DNA of 54,966 bases, taken from Aplysia californica (lineage: Eukaryota). The number at the start of each line of letters is the position of its first letter. The first letter of the stretch is position 1. The notes under the pieces were generated by a model. That model was not told the DNA's origin and ran no database searches. It worked only from the letters and a program-made list of their open reading frames with translations. A program made the position numbers and the translations under genes. Shown in pieces: positions 23,959 to 39,225 of this stretch. The DNA lies in NCBI RefSeq assembly GCF_000002075.1, contig NW_004798204.1, positions 148,332 to 203,297 of the forward strand, in the 5' to 3' direction.

Positions 23959-25572
23959 CATGACGACAACAAGAACAAAAATCAAAGTAGTATCTCATCG
24001 GTGTGTTTGTGATTCCATAGAGTAAATTGTTTGACAGATATTTACGAAAACGTGTTTTTCTGGGGTTTTGTTTTGGGCTGGAAGTGTAAGTTTAACATTC
24101 TTCAAACTCATTTACACATCGCACCGTCAAAATAAGATTTAAACTGATACCAATTTGAGCGTTAGAAAACCTGTAGTCAAATTAAAAGAAATATTTCGTT
24201 TGGTGTCACAGACCACAAGCCAATAACAGAAGAAAAAAATATCAGAAGTTACCGATTGCAGTATACAGAATAAGTAGTTTCTTTGTTGTTGTTTCTTTAC
24301 CTTTGGAAAACAAGCAAATGCCAGGTTCCGTCCCCAAGATATCCACGGAGAATGTTAATTTTTGATCCCTTCTTTCTTGGACTAACGGAGACAACCGAAT
24401 TTGAGTCTTTGTTCTTTGCCGATTTCGTCTCTGTATTAACATAAGCTGTCAAAGATCATGTAAATTGATATTTCAAATATTTCATTTTTATCCTATTCTT
24501 GATCGGATTTTAATTTTCTGTCAAATTCATTTTTGAACAGCACAAACAGAAACAAAATTACAAACTCATTCTCATCAGTTAACGCACTCTCACCCCAAAT
24601 ACACGANNNNNNNNNNNNNNNNNNNNNNNNNNNNNNNNNNNNNNNNNNNNNNNNNNNNNNNNNNNNNNNNNNNNNNNNNNNNNNNNNNNNNNNNNNNNNN
24701 NNNNNNNNNNNNNNNNNNNNNNNNNNNNNNNNNNNNNNNNNNNNNNNNNNNNNNNNNNNNNNNNNNNNNNNNNNNNNNNNNNNNNNNNNNNNNNNNNNNN
24801 NNNNNNNNNNNNNNNNNNNNNNNNNNNNNNNNNNNNNNNNNNNNNNNNNNNNNNNNNNNNNNNNNNNNNNNNNNNNNNNNAGTTTTATAATTGAGCTGAA
24901 GATGTAGTTTCACCTCTAGTACGTTCCTTTCTTTCAAGGAATTTCTTACTCTAGGTTTAGTATCTGCACACTATATCGCTTATTAGTAAGTATTGTGTTT
25001 AAATTTTAATGTCAACAAAAGGTAGTTGATTAATCGCGCATGCACCGCTGAACGTTTATGGCTCTTTGGAAACCCGCGTCCTTGTTATTTGTATTGACAC
25101 CTGTGTATCAATGGAGTCCTGATGACCCACGAGCCGCTATTGCCTCACAAAGCCAACGACGCTAAGCTGTTGTAAACACTGGTCAACAAGAGTGAATGGG
25201 AAGGAAAATCCTCACAACAAAAACCGTTCCAGTGTTATTTCACACGTACAGCCATGTTGTCTCAAATCTATAGAGACGTAAACAAAAGATTTCGATTCAT
25301 GTTGGACTATTGTGCGGTGGGTCTAAGAAAAACGCTAGAGGCGGAAACAACAACTGCGTAAAATCTACTGACCAAGCTACGGTCATTCTTCTCGCTGAAG
25401 CGTACAAGGATTTTGATTGGCTGTGGTAGAAGGAAGGGAGGAGCATCATGGAATATAAAACCAGCATTCCCGGGCATCCTCCAGTTCATCGTATCGCTTT
25501 TGCAATGAGAGGACGTTGGTGTTTCAGTGTACCCGAGTGTCATTTCTGCACATCTCTCGTGTATTTTCAAGT

Positions 25573-27125
25573 ATGGAAAGTGTTGCAGTTCCTGCAGTGA
25601 GGTTCATTGCTGGTGACTTTTGGTCATCCGTGAAGATGAGGCAAGTGCGTGTTCTGTGCCAGAAGACGAGCACACCCGTCCAAGTGTTGGAAGCGGCAAT
25701 GGAAGACGACGACTCCATTCGCAAGGTCATCAAGAGGATAGGTCTCACTGACCGCCGAGGCCGCGACAGTTGGCGTGAGGTTTTCAAGGAAATCAGCTTC
25801 ATGGGCAACGTCTCACACCCGCATATCATGAAGATGGACTGGGCGGTGAGGTGCAAGGGCTTTGTAGCTATTTGCATGCCTCTGTGCTCACGAGGATCTT
25901 TGCACGATGCACGCCACAGTCTAAACGGAGAGCAGATAGAGCGTTACTTTGTGCAGATCGCCTGTGCACTGAGATATCTTCACGTTAGGTGCGCTGTGCA
26001 CGGGGACGTGAAGCCCGCCAACATTTTGCTAGATGAATCCAACAACGCTATTCTTGGCGACCTGGGGATGTCCCACTTCTTGGCCCGCGGACAAGATCGA
26101 GTGAGGAGCTGGAGTATACTTGGAACAAGAGGCTTCCTCGCTCCAGAGATCCAGTCTGACCTCATCGTAGATCCTTTTCTGGTGCGTAACTGCAGACTTT
26201 TCTTTTCAGTGAGCATGTTTGTTTGCTAGTTTATCACTATTTTGTTTAGCTTCCTTTTGTTGTGCAGGTTTTTAGTTGCTTTGTTTGTTTCTTTCTCGGT
26301 CTATCTGTGCGTTTTGCGTTCGTTTTGTTATTCTCTTGTTGTTTCTGTTGTTAGTAGTAATGTTTTCCCTTACCTGTTGTTTGTAAGCTGTGATTTTCTT
26401 TTCTTAAGGTCATGTATGTATTACTTCCTTCCTTTGTTTTTCTGTCGTGGTTTTGTTTATTCCTGTCTGCTGCTGTGTTTATAATTCATTATCTTTATTT
26501 ATTTACCTTTTCTTCTTTCTGAGTGCTCCGTGAACGTCTTTGTGTACTACGGCGACTGTTATTTCTAGGTACCATTTGCTCACTCTTGAAAAACACTGTA
26601 GATCTCTGACATTTTTGTCTCTACACAGACGGACACGTACGCACTTGGAGCAACGCTGTGGTGTCTGGTCTTCAAACGTAACCCTCGCAACTGGGAGGAT
26701 CTTCTGACCGCTATGGAGTCCGACAGCACCCTGCTGCAACGCTTGGGTTTCCACAGGTAAGCACGCCATTCTTTGGGTTCTTTAGCACAGCCTTTTTAAT
26801 TTTTAAAACCTAGTTCTGCTCAGCTCTCTTAACTGTTATCATTACTGCTTTTAATTCCTCCTCGGTGAAAGATGAATTGTTTCTTTAGCACGTTCTTGCT
26901 TGATGTCTGTCACGTTTAAGCTCTAGCCATGTCATCCTATTTACAATCTACTTGCTTTCTCTCGAAGTTGCCAGTTGCTTATCTCAGTGCCATTGTTTAC
27001 TCCACAGATTCGTTCTCTCCAGGCTTGTACAGAACAACCCACGACTCCGACTTTCAGTCTGCGATCTCCTGGCATTTCTGCGTGTGCGCTTTGAGAGGTT
27101 CAGGGTAATCATAGACTGTCTGTAA
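25573..27125 (+). CDS. Protein kinase copy 2; exons 25573-26181, 26629-26756, 27008-27125
   Basis: Same structure as copy 1; first donor reads GTGCGT; a few missense changes, no stops. Confidence 0.9.
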
Positions 27126-27931
27126 AGGGTGCAAGTGCTGTATTTACATGCTTTATTTTCACTTCACTAACAAACGTTTTTTCTTAGTTTTCTGATTTTT
27201 CTCAGCTCCCGTTGAATTAATATAACTAATACCCTAACTGCTCATTAAAAAAATTGAAATACTAATTGGACTACTAATTTGCTGACAAATGTTTCCACTC
27301 AACAACCAGTGCCCCGTGTTTTGTACCTGTGTCTGTCTTACACTACAGGTAACTAGAAGACAGACCACTTGGTCCTGCGGATGGTGTGAAGAAGGAAGAA
27401 AAGCAGGAAGCAGGTCACACCAAGGCAAGCATCGCGTTTGTAACATCACAGCTGAGATGATCATGTGCGTAATTACCAGTCGACGAGGACTTGCACATGT
27501 TGCTGGTGAGTAGTTACCTTCAGCCACTAAGGTGGGGTTTCTACCTACAAAGTGATCTCAACATTTTCTCTATTTAATCTTAACACAGTTGTCTCCCTGT
27601 TATTGGAAAACTTAAGTTCTGTCTAACACGCTGGTTTTTCTCTCGTTTGTTTTTTCTGTGTTTCCATTAATATGTTACTAACGAGCAGTAATTATTCCAA
27701 ACACTGTGGGGGCAGTGCTTGGTTTAGTCGCCACCTTTGGTTTTTTTGTGTTCCAATAACTACTTTTTAATTAATAATCCTTACAATATGAACTGTAGCT
27801 CCAACTTACTCTTGTTAGCAAAATGTACTAATCTTATCATTTACATTCGTGTACTGACCCAACTCATAACACTAACATTTTTAACCTTACTAACGACTAA
27901 TATAACCCAGACGTGAGCGCTCGGTAGCGCC

Positions 27932-28007
27932 GTCTTTTTAATCAGGCCTCGGTGTACAGTGTACTCTGAGACGGTCCCAAGCCCGTGGAAACTGAGAGGG
28001 AAAAGAC
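27932..28007 (+). ncRNA. Twister ribozyme copy 2
   Basis: Identical to copy 1. Confidence 0.92.
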
Positions 28008-29598
28008 CATGACGACAACAAGAACAAAAATCAAAGTAGTATCTCATCGGTGTGTTTGTGATTCCATAGAGTAAATTGTTTGACAGATATTTACGAAAAC
28101 GTGTTTTTCTGGGGTTTTGTTTTGGGCTTGAAGTGTAAGTTTAACATTCTTCAAACTCATTTACACATCGCACCGTCAAAATAAGATTTAAACTGATACC
28201 AATTTGAGCGTTAGAAAACCTGTAGTCAAATTAAAAGAAATATTTCGTTTGGTGTCACAGACCACAAGCCAATAACAGAAGAAAAAAATATCAGAAGTTA
28301 CCGATTGCAGTATACAGAATAAGTAGTTTCTTTGTTGTTGTTTCTTTACCTTTGGAAAACAAGTAAATGCCAGGTTCCGTCCCCAAGATATCCACGGAGA
28401 ATGTTAATTTTTTATCCCTTCTTTCTTGGACTAACGGAGACAACCGAATTTGAGTCTTTGTTCTTTGCCGATTTCGTCTCTGTATTAACATAAGCTGTCA
28501 AAGATCATGTAAATTGATATTTCAAATATTTCATTTTTATCCTATTCTTGATCGGATTTTAATTTTCTGTCAAATTCATTTTTGAACAGCACAAACAGAA
28601 ACAAAATTACAAACTCATTCTCATCAGTTAACGCACTCTCACCCCAAATACANNNNNNNNNNNNNNNNNNNNNNNNNNNNNNNNNNNNNNNNNNNNNNNN
28701 NNNNNNNNNNNNNNNNNNNNNNNNNNNNNNNNNNNNNNNNNNNNNNNNNNNNNNNNNNNNNNNNNNNNNNNNNNNNNNNNNNNNNNNNNNNNNNNNNNNN
28801 NNNNNNNNNNNNNNNNNNNNNNNNNNNNNNNNNNNNNNNNNNNNNNNNNNNNNNNNNNNNNNNNNNNNNNNNNNNNNNNNNNNNNNNNNNNNNNNNNNNN
28901 NNNNNAGTTTTATAATTGAGCTGAAGATGTAGTTTCACCTCTAGTACGTTCCTTTCTTTCAAGGAATTTCTTACTCTAGGTTTAGTATCTGCACACTATA
29001 TCGCTTATTAGTAAGTATTGTGTTTAAATTTTAATGTCAACAAAAGGTAGTTGATTAATCGCGCATGCACCGCTGGACGTTTATGGCTCTTTGGAAACCC
29101 GCGTCCTTGTTATTTGTATTGACACCTGTGTATCAATGGAGTCCTGATGATCCACGAGCCGCTATTGCCTCACAAAGCCAACGACGCTAAGCTGTTGTAA
29201 ACACTGGTCAACAAGAGTGAATGGGAAGGAAAATCCTCACAACAAAAACCGTTCCAGTGTTATTGACACACGTACAGCCATGTTGTCTCAAATCTATAGA
29301 GACGTAAACAAAAGATTTTGATGAATGATGGACTATTGTGCGGTCGGTCTAAGAAAAACGCTAGAGGCGGAAACAACAACTGCGTAAAATCTACTGACCA
29401 AGCTACGGTCATTCTTCTCGCTGAAGCGTACAAGGATTTTGATTGGCTGTGGTAGAAGGAAGGGAGGAGCATCATGGAATATAAAACCAGCATTCCCGGG
29501 CATCCTCCAGTTCATCGTATCACTTTTGCAGTGAGAGGACGTTGGTGTTTCAGTGTACCCGAGTGTCATTTCTGCACATCTCTCGTGTATTTTCAAGT

Positions 29599-31151
29599 AT
29601 GGAAAGTGTTGCAGTTCCTGCAGTGAGGTTCATTGCTGGTGACTTTTGGTCATCCGTGAAGATGAGGCAAGTGCGTGTTCTGTGCCAGAAGACGAGCACA
29701 CCCGTCCAAGTGTTGGAAGCGGCAATGGAAGACGACGACTCCATTCGCAAGGTCATCAAGAGGATAGGTCTCACTGACCGCCGAGGCCGCGACAGTTGGC
29801 GTGAGGTTTTCAAGGAAATCAGCTTCATGGGCAACGTCTCACACCCGCATATCATGAAGATGGACTGGGCGGTGAGGTGCAAGGGCTTTGTAGCTATTTG
29901 CATGCCTCTGTGCTCACGAGGATCTTTGCACGATGCACTCCACAGTCTAAATGGAGAGCAGATAGAGCGTTACTTTGTGCAGATCGCCTGTGCACTGAGA
30001 TATCTTCACGTTAGGTGCGCTGTGCACGGGGACGTGAAGCCCGCCAACATTTTGCTAGATGAATCCAACAACGCTATTCTTGGCGACCTGGGGATGTCCC
30101 GCTTCTTGGCCCGCGGACAAGATCGAGTAAGAAGCTGGAGTATACTTGGAACAAGAGGCTTCCTCGCTCCAGAGATCCAGTCTGACGTCATCGTAGATCC
30201 TTTTCTGGTGAGTAACTGCAGACTTTTCTTTTCAGCGAGCTTGTTTGTTTGCTAGTTTATAACTATTTTGTTTAGCTTCCTTTTGTTGTGCAGGTTTGTA
30301 GTTGCTTTGTTTGTTTCTTTCTCGGTCTATCTGTGCGTTTTGCGTTCGTTTTGTTATTCTCTTGTTGTTTCTGTTGTTAGTAGTAATGTTTTCCCTTACC
30401 TGTTGTTTGTAAGCTGTGATTTTCTTTTCTTAAGGCCATGTATGTATTACTTCCTTCCTTTGTTTTTCTGTCGTGGTTTTGTTTATTCCTGTCTGCTGCT
30501 GTGTTTATAATTCATTATCTTTATTTATTTAAATTTTCTTCTTTCTGAGTGCTCCGTGAACGTCTTTGTATACTACGGCGACTGTTATTTCTAGGTACCA
30601 TTTGCTCACTCTTGACAAACACTATAGATCTCTGACATTTTTGTCTCTACGCAGACGGACGCGTACGCACTTGGAGCAACGCTGTGGTGTCTGGTCTTCA
30701 AACGTAACCCTCGCAACTGGGAGGATCTTCTGACCGCTATGGAGTCCGACAGCACCCTGCTGCCACGCTTGGGTTTCCACAGGTAAGCACGCCATTCTTT
30801 GGGTTCTTTAGCACAGCCTTTTTAATTTTTAAAACCTAGTTCTGCTCAGATCTCTTAACTGTTATCATTACTGCTTTTAATTCCTCCTCGGTGAAAGATG
30901 AATTGTTTCTTTAGCACGTTCTTGCTTGATGTCTGTCACGTTTAAGCTCTAGCAATGTCATCCTATTTACAATCTACTTGCTTTCTCTCGAAGTTGCCAG
31001 TTGCTTATCTCAGTGCCATTGTTTACTCCACAGATTTGTTCTCTCCAGGCTTGTACAGAGCAACCCACGACTCCGACTTTCAGTCTGCGATCTCCTGGCA
31101 TTTCTGCGTGTGCGCTTTGAGAGGTTCAGGGTAATCATAGACTGTCTGTAA
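29599..31151 (+). CDS. Protein kinase copy 3; exons 29599-30207, 30655-30782, 31034-31151
   Basis: Intact frame and splice sites. Confidence 0.9.
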
Positions 31152-31958
31152 AGGGTGCAAGTGCTGTATTTACCTGCTTTATTTTCACTTCACTAACAAA
31201 CGTTTTTTCTTAGTTTTCAGATTTTTCTCAGCTCCCGTTGAATTAATATAACTAATACCCTAACTGCTCATTAAAAAAATTGAAGTACTAATTGGACTAC
31301 TAATTTGCTGACAAATGTTTCCACTCAACAACATGTGCCCCGTGTTTTGTACCTGTGTCTGTCTTAAACTACAGATAACTAGAAGACAGACCACTTGGTC
31401 CTGCGGATGGTGTGAAGAAGGAAGAAAAGCAGGAAGCAGGTCACACCAAGGCAAGCATCGCGTTTGTAACATCACAGCTGAGATGATCATGTGCGTAATT
31501 ACCAGTCGACGAGGACTTGCACATGTTGCTGGTGAGTAGTTACCTTCAGCCACTAAGGTGGGGTTTCTACCTAGAAAGTGATCTCAACAGTTTCTCTATT
31601 TAATCTTAACACAGTTGTCTCCCTGTTATTGGAAAACTTAGGTTCTGTCTAACACGCTGGTTTTTCTCTCGTTTGTTTTTTTCTGTGTTTCCATTAATAT
31701 GTTACTAACGAGCAGTAATTATTCCAAACACTGTGGGGGCAGTGCTTGGTTTAGTCGACACCTTTGGGTTTTTTGTGTTCCAATAACTACTTTTTAATTA
31801 ATAATCTTTACAATATGAACTGTAGCTCCAACTTACTCTTGTTAGCAAAATGTACTAATCTTATCATTTACATTCGTGTACTGACCCAACTCATAACACT
31901 AACATTTTTAACCTTACTAACGACTAATATAACCCAGACGTGAGCGCTCGGTAGCGCC

Positions 31959-32034
31959 GTCTTTTTAATCAGGCCTCGGTGTACAGTGTACTCTGAGACG
32001 GTCCCAAGCCCGTGGAAACTGAGAGGGAAAAGAC
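31959..32034 (+). ncRNA. Twister ribozyme copy 3
   Basis: Identical to copy 1. Confidence 0.92.
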
Positions 32035-33618
32035 CATGACGACAACAAGAACAAAAATCAAAGTAGTATCTCATCGGTGTGTTTGTGATTCCATAGAGTA
32101 AATTGTTTGACAGATATTTACGAAAACGTGTTTTTCTGGGGTTTTGTTTTGGGCTTGAAGTGTAAGTTTAACATTCTTCAAACTCATTTACACATCGCAC
32201 CGTCAAAATAAGATTTAAACTGATACCAATTTGAGCGTTAGAAAACCTGTAGTCAAATTAAAAGAAATATTTCGTTTGGTGTCACAGACCACAAGCCAAT
32301 AACAGAAGAAAAAAATATCAGAAGTTACCGATTGCAGTATACAGAATAAGTAGTTTCTTTGTTGTTGTTTCTTTACCTTTGGAAAACAAGCAAATGCCAG
32401 GTTCCGTCCCCAAGATATCCACGGAGAATGTTAATTTTTGATCCCTTCTTTCTTGGACTAACGGAGACAACCGAATTTGAGTCTTTGTTCTTTGCCGATT
32501 TCGTCTCTGTATTAACATAACCTGTCAAAGATCATGTAAATTGATATTTCAAATATTTCATTTTTATCCTATTCTTGATCGGATTTTAATTTTCTGTCAA
32601 ATTCATTTTTGAACAGCACAAACAGAAACAAAATTACAAACTCATTCTCATCAGTTAACGCACTCTCACCCCAAATACANNNNNNNNNNNNNNNNNNNNN
32701 NNNNNNNNNNNNNNNNNNNNNNNNNNNNNNNNNNNNNNNNNNNNNNNNNNNNNNNNNNNNNNNNNNNNNNNNNNNNNNNNNNNNNNNNNNNNNNNNNNNN
32801 NNNNNNNNNNNNNNNNNNNNNNNNNNNNNNNNNNNNNNNNNNNNNNNNNNNNNNNNNNNNNNNNNNNNNNNNNNNNNNNNNNNNNNNNNNNNNNNNNNNN
32901 NNNNNNNNNNNNNNNNNNNNNNNNNNAGTTTTATAATTGAGCTGAAGATGTAGTTTCACCTCTAGTACGTTCCTTTCTTTCAAGGAATTTCTTACTCTAG
33001 GTTTAGTATCTGCACACTATATCGCTTATTTGTAAGTATTGTGTTTAAATTTTAATGTCAACAAAAGGTAGTTGATTAATCGAACATGCACCGCTGGACG
33101 TTTATGGCTCTTTGGAAACACGCGTCCTTGTTATTTGTATTGACACCTGTGTATCAATGGAGTCCTGATGATCCACGAGCCGCTATTGCCTCACACAGAC
33201 AACGACGCTAAGCTGTTGTAAACACTGGTCAACAAGAGTGAATGGGAAGGAAAATCCTCACAACAAAAACCGTTCCAGTGTTATTTCACACGTACAGCCA
33301 TGTTGTCTCAAATCTATAGAGACGTAAACAAAAGATTTTGATTCATGTTGGACTATTGTGCGGTCGGTCTAAGAAAAACGCTAGAGGCGGAAACAACAAC
33401 TGCGTAAAATCTACTGACCAAGCTACGGTCATTCTTCTCGCTGAAGCGTACAAGGATTTTGATTGGCTGTGGTAGAAGGAAGGGAGGAGCATCATGGAAT
33501 ATAAAACCAGCATTCCCGGGCATCCTCCAGTTCATCGTATCGCTTTTGCAGTGAGAGGACGTTGGTGTTTCAGTGTACCCGAGTGTTATTTCTGCGCATC
33601 TCTCGTGTATTTTCAAGT

Positions 33619-35171
33619 ATGGAAAGTGTTGCAGTTCCTGCAGTGAGGTTCATTGCTGGTGACTTTTGGTCATCCGTGAAGATGAGGCAAGTGCGTGTTC
33701 TGTGCCAGAAGACGAGCACACCCGTCCAAGTGTTGGAAGCGGCAATGGAAGACGACGACTCCATTCGCAAGGTCATCAAGAGGATAGGTCTCACTGACCG
33801 CCGAGGCCGCGACAGTTGGCGTGAGGTTTTCAAGGAAATCAGCTTCATGGGCAACGTCTCACACCCGCATATCATGAAGATGGACTGGGCGGTGAGGTGC
33901 AAGGGCTTTGTAGCTATTTGCATGCCTCTGTGCTCACGAGGATCTTTGCACGATGCACGCCACAGTCTAAACGGAGAGCAGATAGAGCGTTACTTTGTGC
34001 AGATCGCCTGTGCACTGAGATATCTTCACGTTAGGTGCGCTGTGCACGGGGACGTGAAGCCCGCCAACATTTTGCTAGATGAATCCAACAACGCTATTCT
34101 TGGCGACCTGGGGATGTCCCGCTTCTTGGCCCGCGGACAAGATCGAGTGAGAAGCTGGAGTATACTTGGAACAAGAGGCTTCCTCGCTCCAGAGATCCAG
34201 TCTGACGTCATCGTAGATCCTTTTCTGGTGAGTAACTGCAGACTTTTCTTTTCAGTGAGCTTGTTTGTTTGCTAGTTTATCACTATTTTGTTTAGCTTCC
34301 TTTTGTTGTGCAGGTTTGTAGTTGCTTTGTTTGTTTCTTTCTCGGTCTATCTGTGCGTTTTGCGTTCGTTTTGTTATTCTCTTGTTGTTTCTGTTGTTAG
34401 TAGTAATGTTTTCCCTTACCTGTTGTTTGTAAGCTGTGATTTTCTTTTCTTAAGGCCATGTATGTATTACTTCCTTCCTTTGTTTTTCTGTCGTGGTTTT
34501 GTTTATTTCTGTCTGCTGCTGTGTTTATAATTCATTATCTTTATTTATTTACCTTTTCTTCTTTCTGAGTGCTCCGTGAACGTCTTTGTATACTACGGCG
34601 ACTGTTATTTCTAGGTACCATTTGCTCACTCTTGACAAACACTATAGATCTCTGACATTTTTGTCTCTACGCAGACGGACGCGTACGCACTTGGAGCAAC
34701 GCTGTGGTGTCTGGTCTTCAAACGTAACCCTCGCAACTGGGAGGATCTTCTGACCGCTATGGAGTCCGACAGCACCCTGCTGCCACGCTTGGGTTTCCAC
34801 AGGTAAGCACGCCATTCTTTGGGTTCTTTAGCACAGCCTTTTTAATTTTTAAAACCTAGTTCTGCTCAGCTCTCTTAACTGTTATCATTACTGCTTTTAA
34901 TTCCTCCTCGGTGAAAGATGAATTGTTTCTTTAGCACGTTCTTGCTTGATGTCTGTCACGTTTAAGCTCTAGCCATGTCATCCTATTTACAATCTACTTG
35001 CTTTCTCTCGAAGTTGCCAGTTGCTTATCTCAGTGCCATTGTTTACTCCACAGATTCGTTCTCTCCAGGCTTGTACAGAACAACCCACGACTCCGACTTT
35101 CAGTCTGCGATCTCCTGGCATTTCTGCGTGTGCGCTTTGAGAGGTTCAGGGTAATCATAGACTGTCTGTAA
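33619..35171 (+). CDS. Protein kinase copy 4; exons 33619-34227, 34675-34802, 35054-35171
   Basis: Intact frame and splice sites. Confidence 0.9.
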
Positions 35172-35980
35172 AGGGTGCAAGTGCTGTATTTACATGCTTT
35201 ATTTTCACTTCACTAACAAACGTTTTTTCTTAGTTTTCTGATTTTTCTCAGCTCCCGTTGAATTAATATAACTAATACCCTAACTGCTCATTAAAAAAAT
35301 TGAAGTACTAATTGGACTACTAATTTGCTGACAAATGTTTCCACTCAACAACATGTGCCCCGTGTTTTGTACCTGTGTCTGTCTTAAACTACAGATAACT
35401 AGAAGACAGACCACTTGGTCCTGCGGATGGTGTGAAGAAGGAAGAAAAGCAGGAAGCAGGTCACACCAAGGCAAGCATCGCGTTTGTAACATCACAGCTG
35501 AGATGATCATGTGCGTAATTACCAGTCGACGAGGACTTGCACATGTTGCTGGTGAGTAGTTACCTTCAGCCACTAAGGTGGGGTTTCTACCTACAAAGTG
35601 ATCTCAACATTTTCTCTATTTAATCTTAACACAGTTGTCTCCCTGTTATTGGAAAACTTAGGTTCTGTCTAACACGCTGTTTTTTCTCTTGTTTGTTTTT
35701 TTTTCTGTGTTTCCATTAATATGTTACTAACGAGCAGTCATTATTCCAAACACTGTGGGGGCAGTGCTTGGTTTAGTCGCCACCTTTGATTTTTGTGTGT
35801 TCCAATAACTACTTTTTAATTAATAATCCTTACAATATGAACTGTAGCTCCAACTTACTCTTGTTAGCAAAATGTACTAATCTTATCATTTACATTCGTG
35901 TACTGACCCAACTCATAACACTAACATTTTTAACCTTACTAACGACTAATATAACCCAGACGTGAGCGCTCGGTAGCGCC

Positions 35981-36056
35981 GTCTTTTTAATCAGGCCTCG
36001 GTGTACAGTGTACTCTGAGACGGTCCCAAGCCCGTGGAAACTGAGAGGGAAAAGAC
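35981..36056 (+). ncRNA. Twister ribozyme copy 4
   Basis: Identical to copy 1. Confidence 0.92.
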
Positions 36057-37672
36057 CATGACGACAACAAGAACAAAAATCAAAGTAGTATCTCATGGGT
36101 GTGTTTGTGATTCCATAGAGTAAATTGTTTGACAGATATTTACGAAAACGTGTTTTTCTGGGGTTTTGTTTTGGGCTTGAAGTGTAAGTTTAACATTCTT
36201 CAAACTCATTTACACATCGCACCGTCAAAATAAGATTTAAACTGATACCAATTTGAGCGTTAGAAAACCTGTAGTCAAATTAAAAGAAATATTTCGTTTG
36301 GTGTCACAGACCACAAGCCAATAACAGAAGAAAAAAATATCAGAAGTTACCGATTGCAGTATACAGAATAAGTAGTTTCTTTGTTGTTGTTTCTTTACCT
36401 TTGGAAAACAAGTAAATGCCAGGTTCCGTCCCCAAGATATCCATGGAGAATGTTAATTTTTGATCCCTTCTTTCTTGGACTAACGGAGACAACCAAATTT
36501 GAGTCTTTGTTCTTTGCCGATTTCGTCTCTGTATTAACATAAGCTGTCAAAGATCATGTAAATTGATATTTCAAATATTTCATTTTTATTCTATTCTTGA
36601 TCGGATTTTAATGTTCTGTAAAATTCATTTTTGAACAGCACAAACAGAAAGAAAATTACAAACTCATTCTCATCTGTTAACGCACTCTCACCCCAAATAC
36701 ANNNNNNNNNNNNNNNNNNNNNNNNNNNNNNNNNNNNNNNNNNNNNNNNNNNNNNNNNNNNNNNNNNNNNNNNNNNNNNNNNNNNNNNNNNNNNNNNNNN
36801 NNNNNNNNNNNNNNNNNNNNNNNNNNNNNNNNNNNNNNNNNNNNNNNNNNNNNNNNNNNNNNNNNNNNNNNNNNNNNNNNNNNNNNNNNNNNNNNNNNNN
36901 NNNNNNNNNNNNNNNNNNNNNNNNNNNNNNNNNNNNNNNNNNNNNNNNNNNNNNNNNNNNNNNNNNNNNNNNAGTTTTATAATTGAGCTGAAGATGTAGT
37001 TTCACCTCTAGTACGTTCCTTTCTTTCAAGGAATTTCTTACTCTAGGTTTAGTATCTGCACACTATATCGCTTATTAGTAAGTATTGTGTTTAAATTTTA
37101 ATGTCAACAAAAGGTAGTTGATTAATCGCGCATACACCGCTGGACGTTTATGGCTCTTTGGAAACCCGCGTCCTTGTTATTTGTATTTTTGTATTGACAC
37201 CTGTGTATCAATGGAGTCCTGATGATCCACGAGCCGCTATTGCCTCACAAAGCCAACGACGCTAAGCTGTTGTAAACACTGGTCAACAAGAGTGAATGGG
37301 AAGGAAAATCCTCACAACAAAAACCGTTCCAGTGTTATTTCACACGTACAGCCATGTTGTCTCAAATCTATAGAGACGTAAACAAAAGATTTTGATTCAT
37401 GTTGGACTATTGTGCGGTCGGTCTAAGAAAAACGCTAGAGGCGGAAACAACAACTGCGTAAAATCTACTGACCAAGCTACGGTCATTCTTCTCGCTGAAG
37501 CGTACAAGGATTTTGATTGGCTGTGGTAGATGGAAGGGAGGAGCATCATGGAATATAAAACCAGCATTCCCGGGCATCCTCCAGTTCATCGTATCGCTTT
37601 TGCAGTGAGAGGACGTTGGTGTTTCAGTGTACCCGAGTGTCATTTCTGCACATCTCTCGTGTATTTTCAAGT

Positions 37673-39225
37673 ATGGAAAGTGTTGCAGTTCCTGCAGTGA
37701 GGTTCATAGCTGGTGACTTTTGGTCATCCGTGAAGATGAGGCAAGTGCGTGTTCTGTGCCAGAAGACGAGCACACCCGTCCAAGTGTTGGAAGCGGCAAT
37801 GGAAGACGACGACTCCATTCGCAAGGTCATCAAGAGGATAGGTCTCACTGACCGCCGAGGCCGCGACAGTTGGCGTGAGGTTTTCAAGGAAATCAGCTTC
37901 ATGGGCAACGTCTCACACCCGCATATCATGAAGATGGACTGGGCGGTGAGGTGCAAGGGCTTTGTAGCTATTTGCATGCCTCTGTGCTCACGAGGATCTT
38001 TGCACGATGCACGCCACAGTCTAAACGGAGAGCAGATAGAGCGTTACTTTGTGCAGATCGCCTGTGCACTGAGATATCTTCACGTTAGGTGCGCTGTGCA
38101 CGGGGACGTGAAGCCCGCCAACATTTTGCTAGATGAATCCAACAACGCTATTCTTGGCGACCTGGGGATGTCCCGCTTCTTGGCCCGCGGACAAGATCGA
38201 GTGAGAAGCTGGAGTATACTTGGAACAAGAGGCTTCCTCGCTCCAGAGATCCAGTCTGACGTCATTGTAGATCCTTTTCTGGTGAGTAACTGCAGACTTT
38301 TCTTTTCAGTGAGCTTGATTGTTTGCTAGTTTATCACTATTTTGTTTAGCTTCCTTTTGTTGTGCAGGTTTGTAGTTGCTTTGTTTGTTTCTTTCTCGGT
38401 CTATCTGTGCGTTTTGCGTTCGTTTTGTTATTCTCTTGTTGTTTCTGTTGTTAGTAGTAATGTTTTCCCTTACCTGTTGTTTGTAAGCTGTGATTTTCTT
38501 TTCTTAAGGCCATGTATGTATTACTTCCTTCCTTTGTTTTTCTGTCGTGGTTTTGTTTATTCCTGTCTGCTGCTGTGTTTATAATTCATTATCTTTATTT
38601 ATTTACCTTTTCTTCTTTCTGAGTGCTCCGTGAACGTCTTTGTATACTACGGCGACTGTTATTTCTAGGTACCATTTGCTCACTCTTGACAAACACTATA
38701 GATCTCTGACATTTTTGTCTCTACGCAGACGGACGCGTACGCACTTGGAGCAACGCTGTGGTGTCTGGTCTTCAAACGTAACCCTCGCAACTGGGAGGAT
38801 CTTCTGACCGCTATGGAGTCCGACAGCACCCTGCTGCCACGCTTGGGTTTCCACAGGTAAGCACGCCATTCTTTGGGTTCTTTAGCACAGCCTTTTTAAT
38901 TTTTAAAACCTAGTTCTGCTCAGCTCTCTTAACTGTTATCATTACTGCTTTTAATTCCTCCTCGGTGAAAGATGAATTGTTTCTTTAGCACGTTCTTGCT
39001 TGATGTCTGTCACGTTTAAGCTCTAGCCATGTCATCCTATTTACAATCTACTTGCTTTCTCTCGAAGTTGCCAGTTGCTTATCTCAGTGCCATTGTTTAC
39101 TCCACAGATTCGTTCTCTCCAGGCTTGTACAGAACAACCCACGACTCCGACTTTCAGTCTGCGATCTCCTGGCATTTCTGCGTGTGCGCTTTGAGAGGTT
39201 CAGGGTAATCATAGACTGTCTGTAA
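37673..39225 (+). CDS. Protein kinase copy 5; exons 37673-38281, 38729-38856, 39108-39225
   Basis: Intact frame and splice sites. Confidence 0.9.

Noticed and set aside
23960-24025. 21-codon ORF starting 2 nt after the ribozyme
   Set aside because: Too short, no recognisable motif, and no RT or endonuclease follows.
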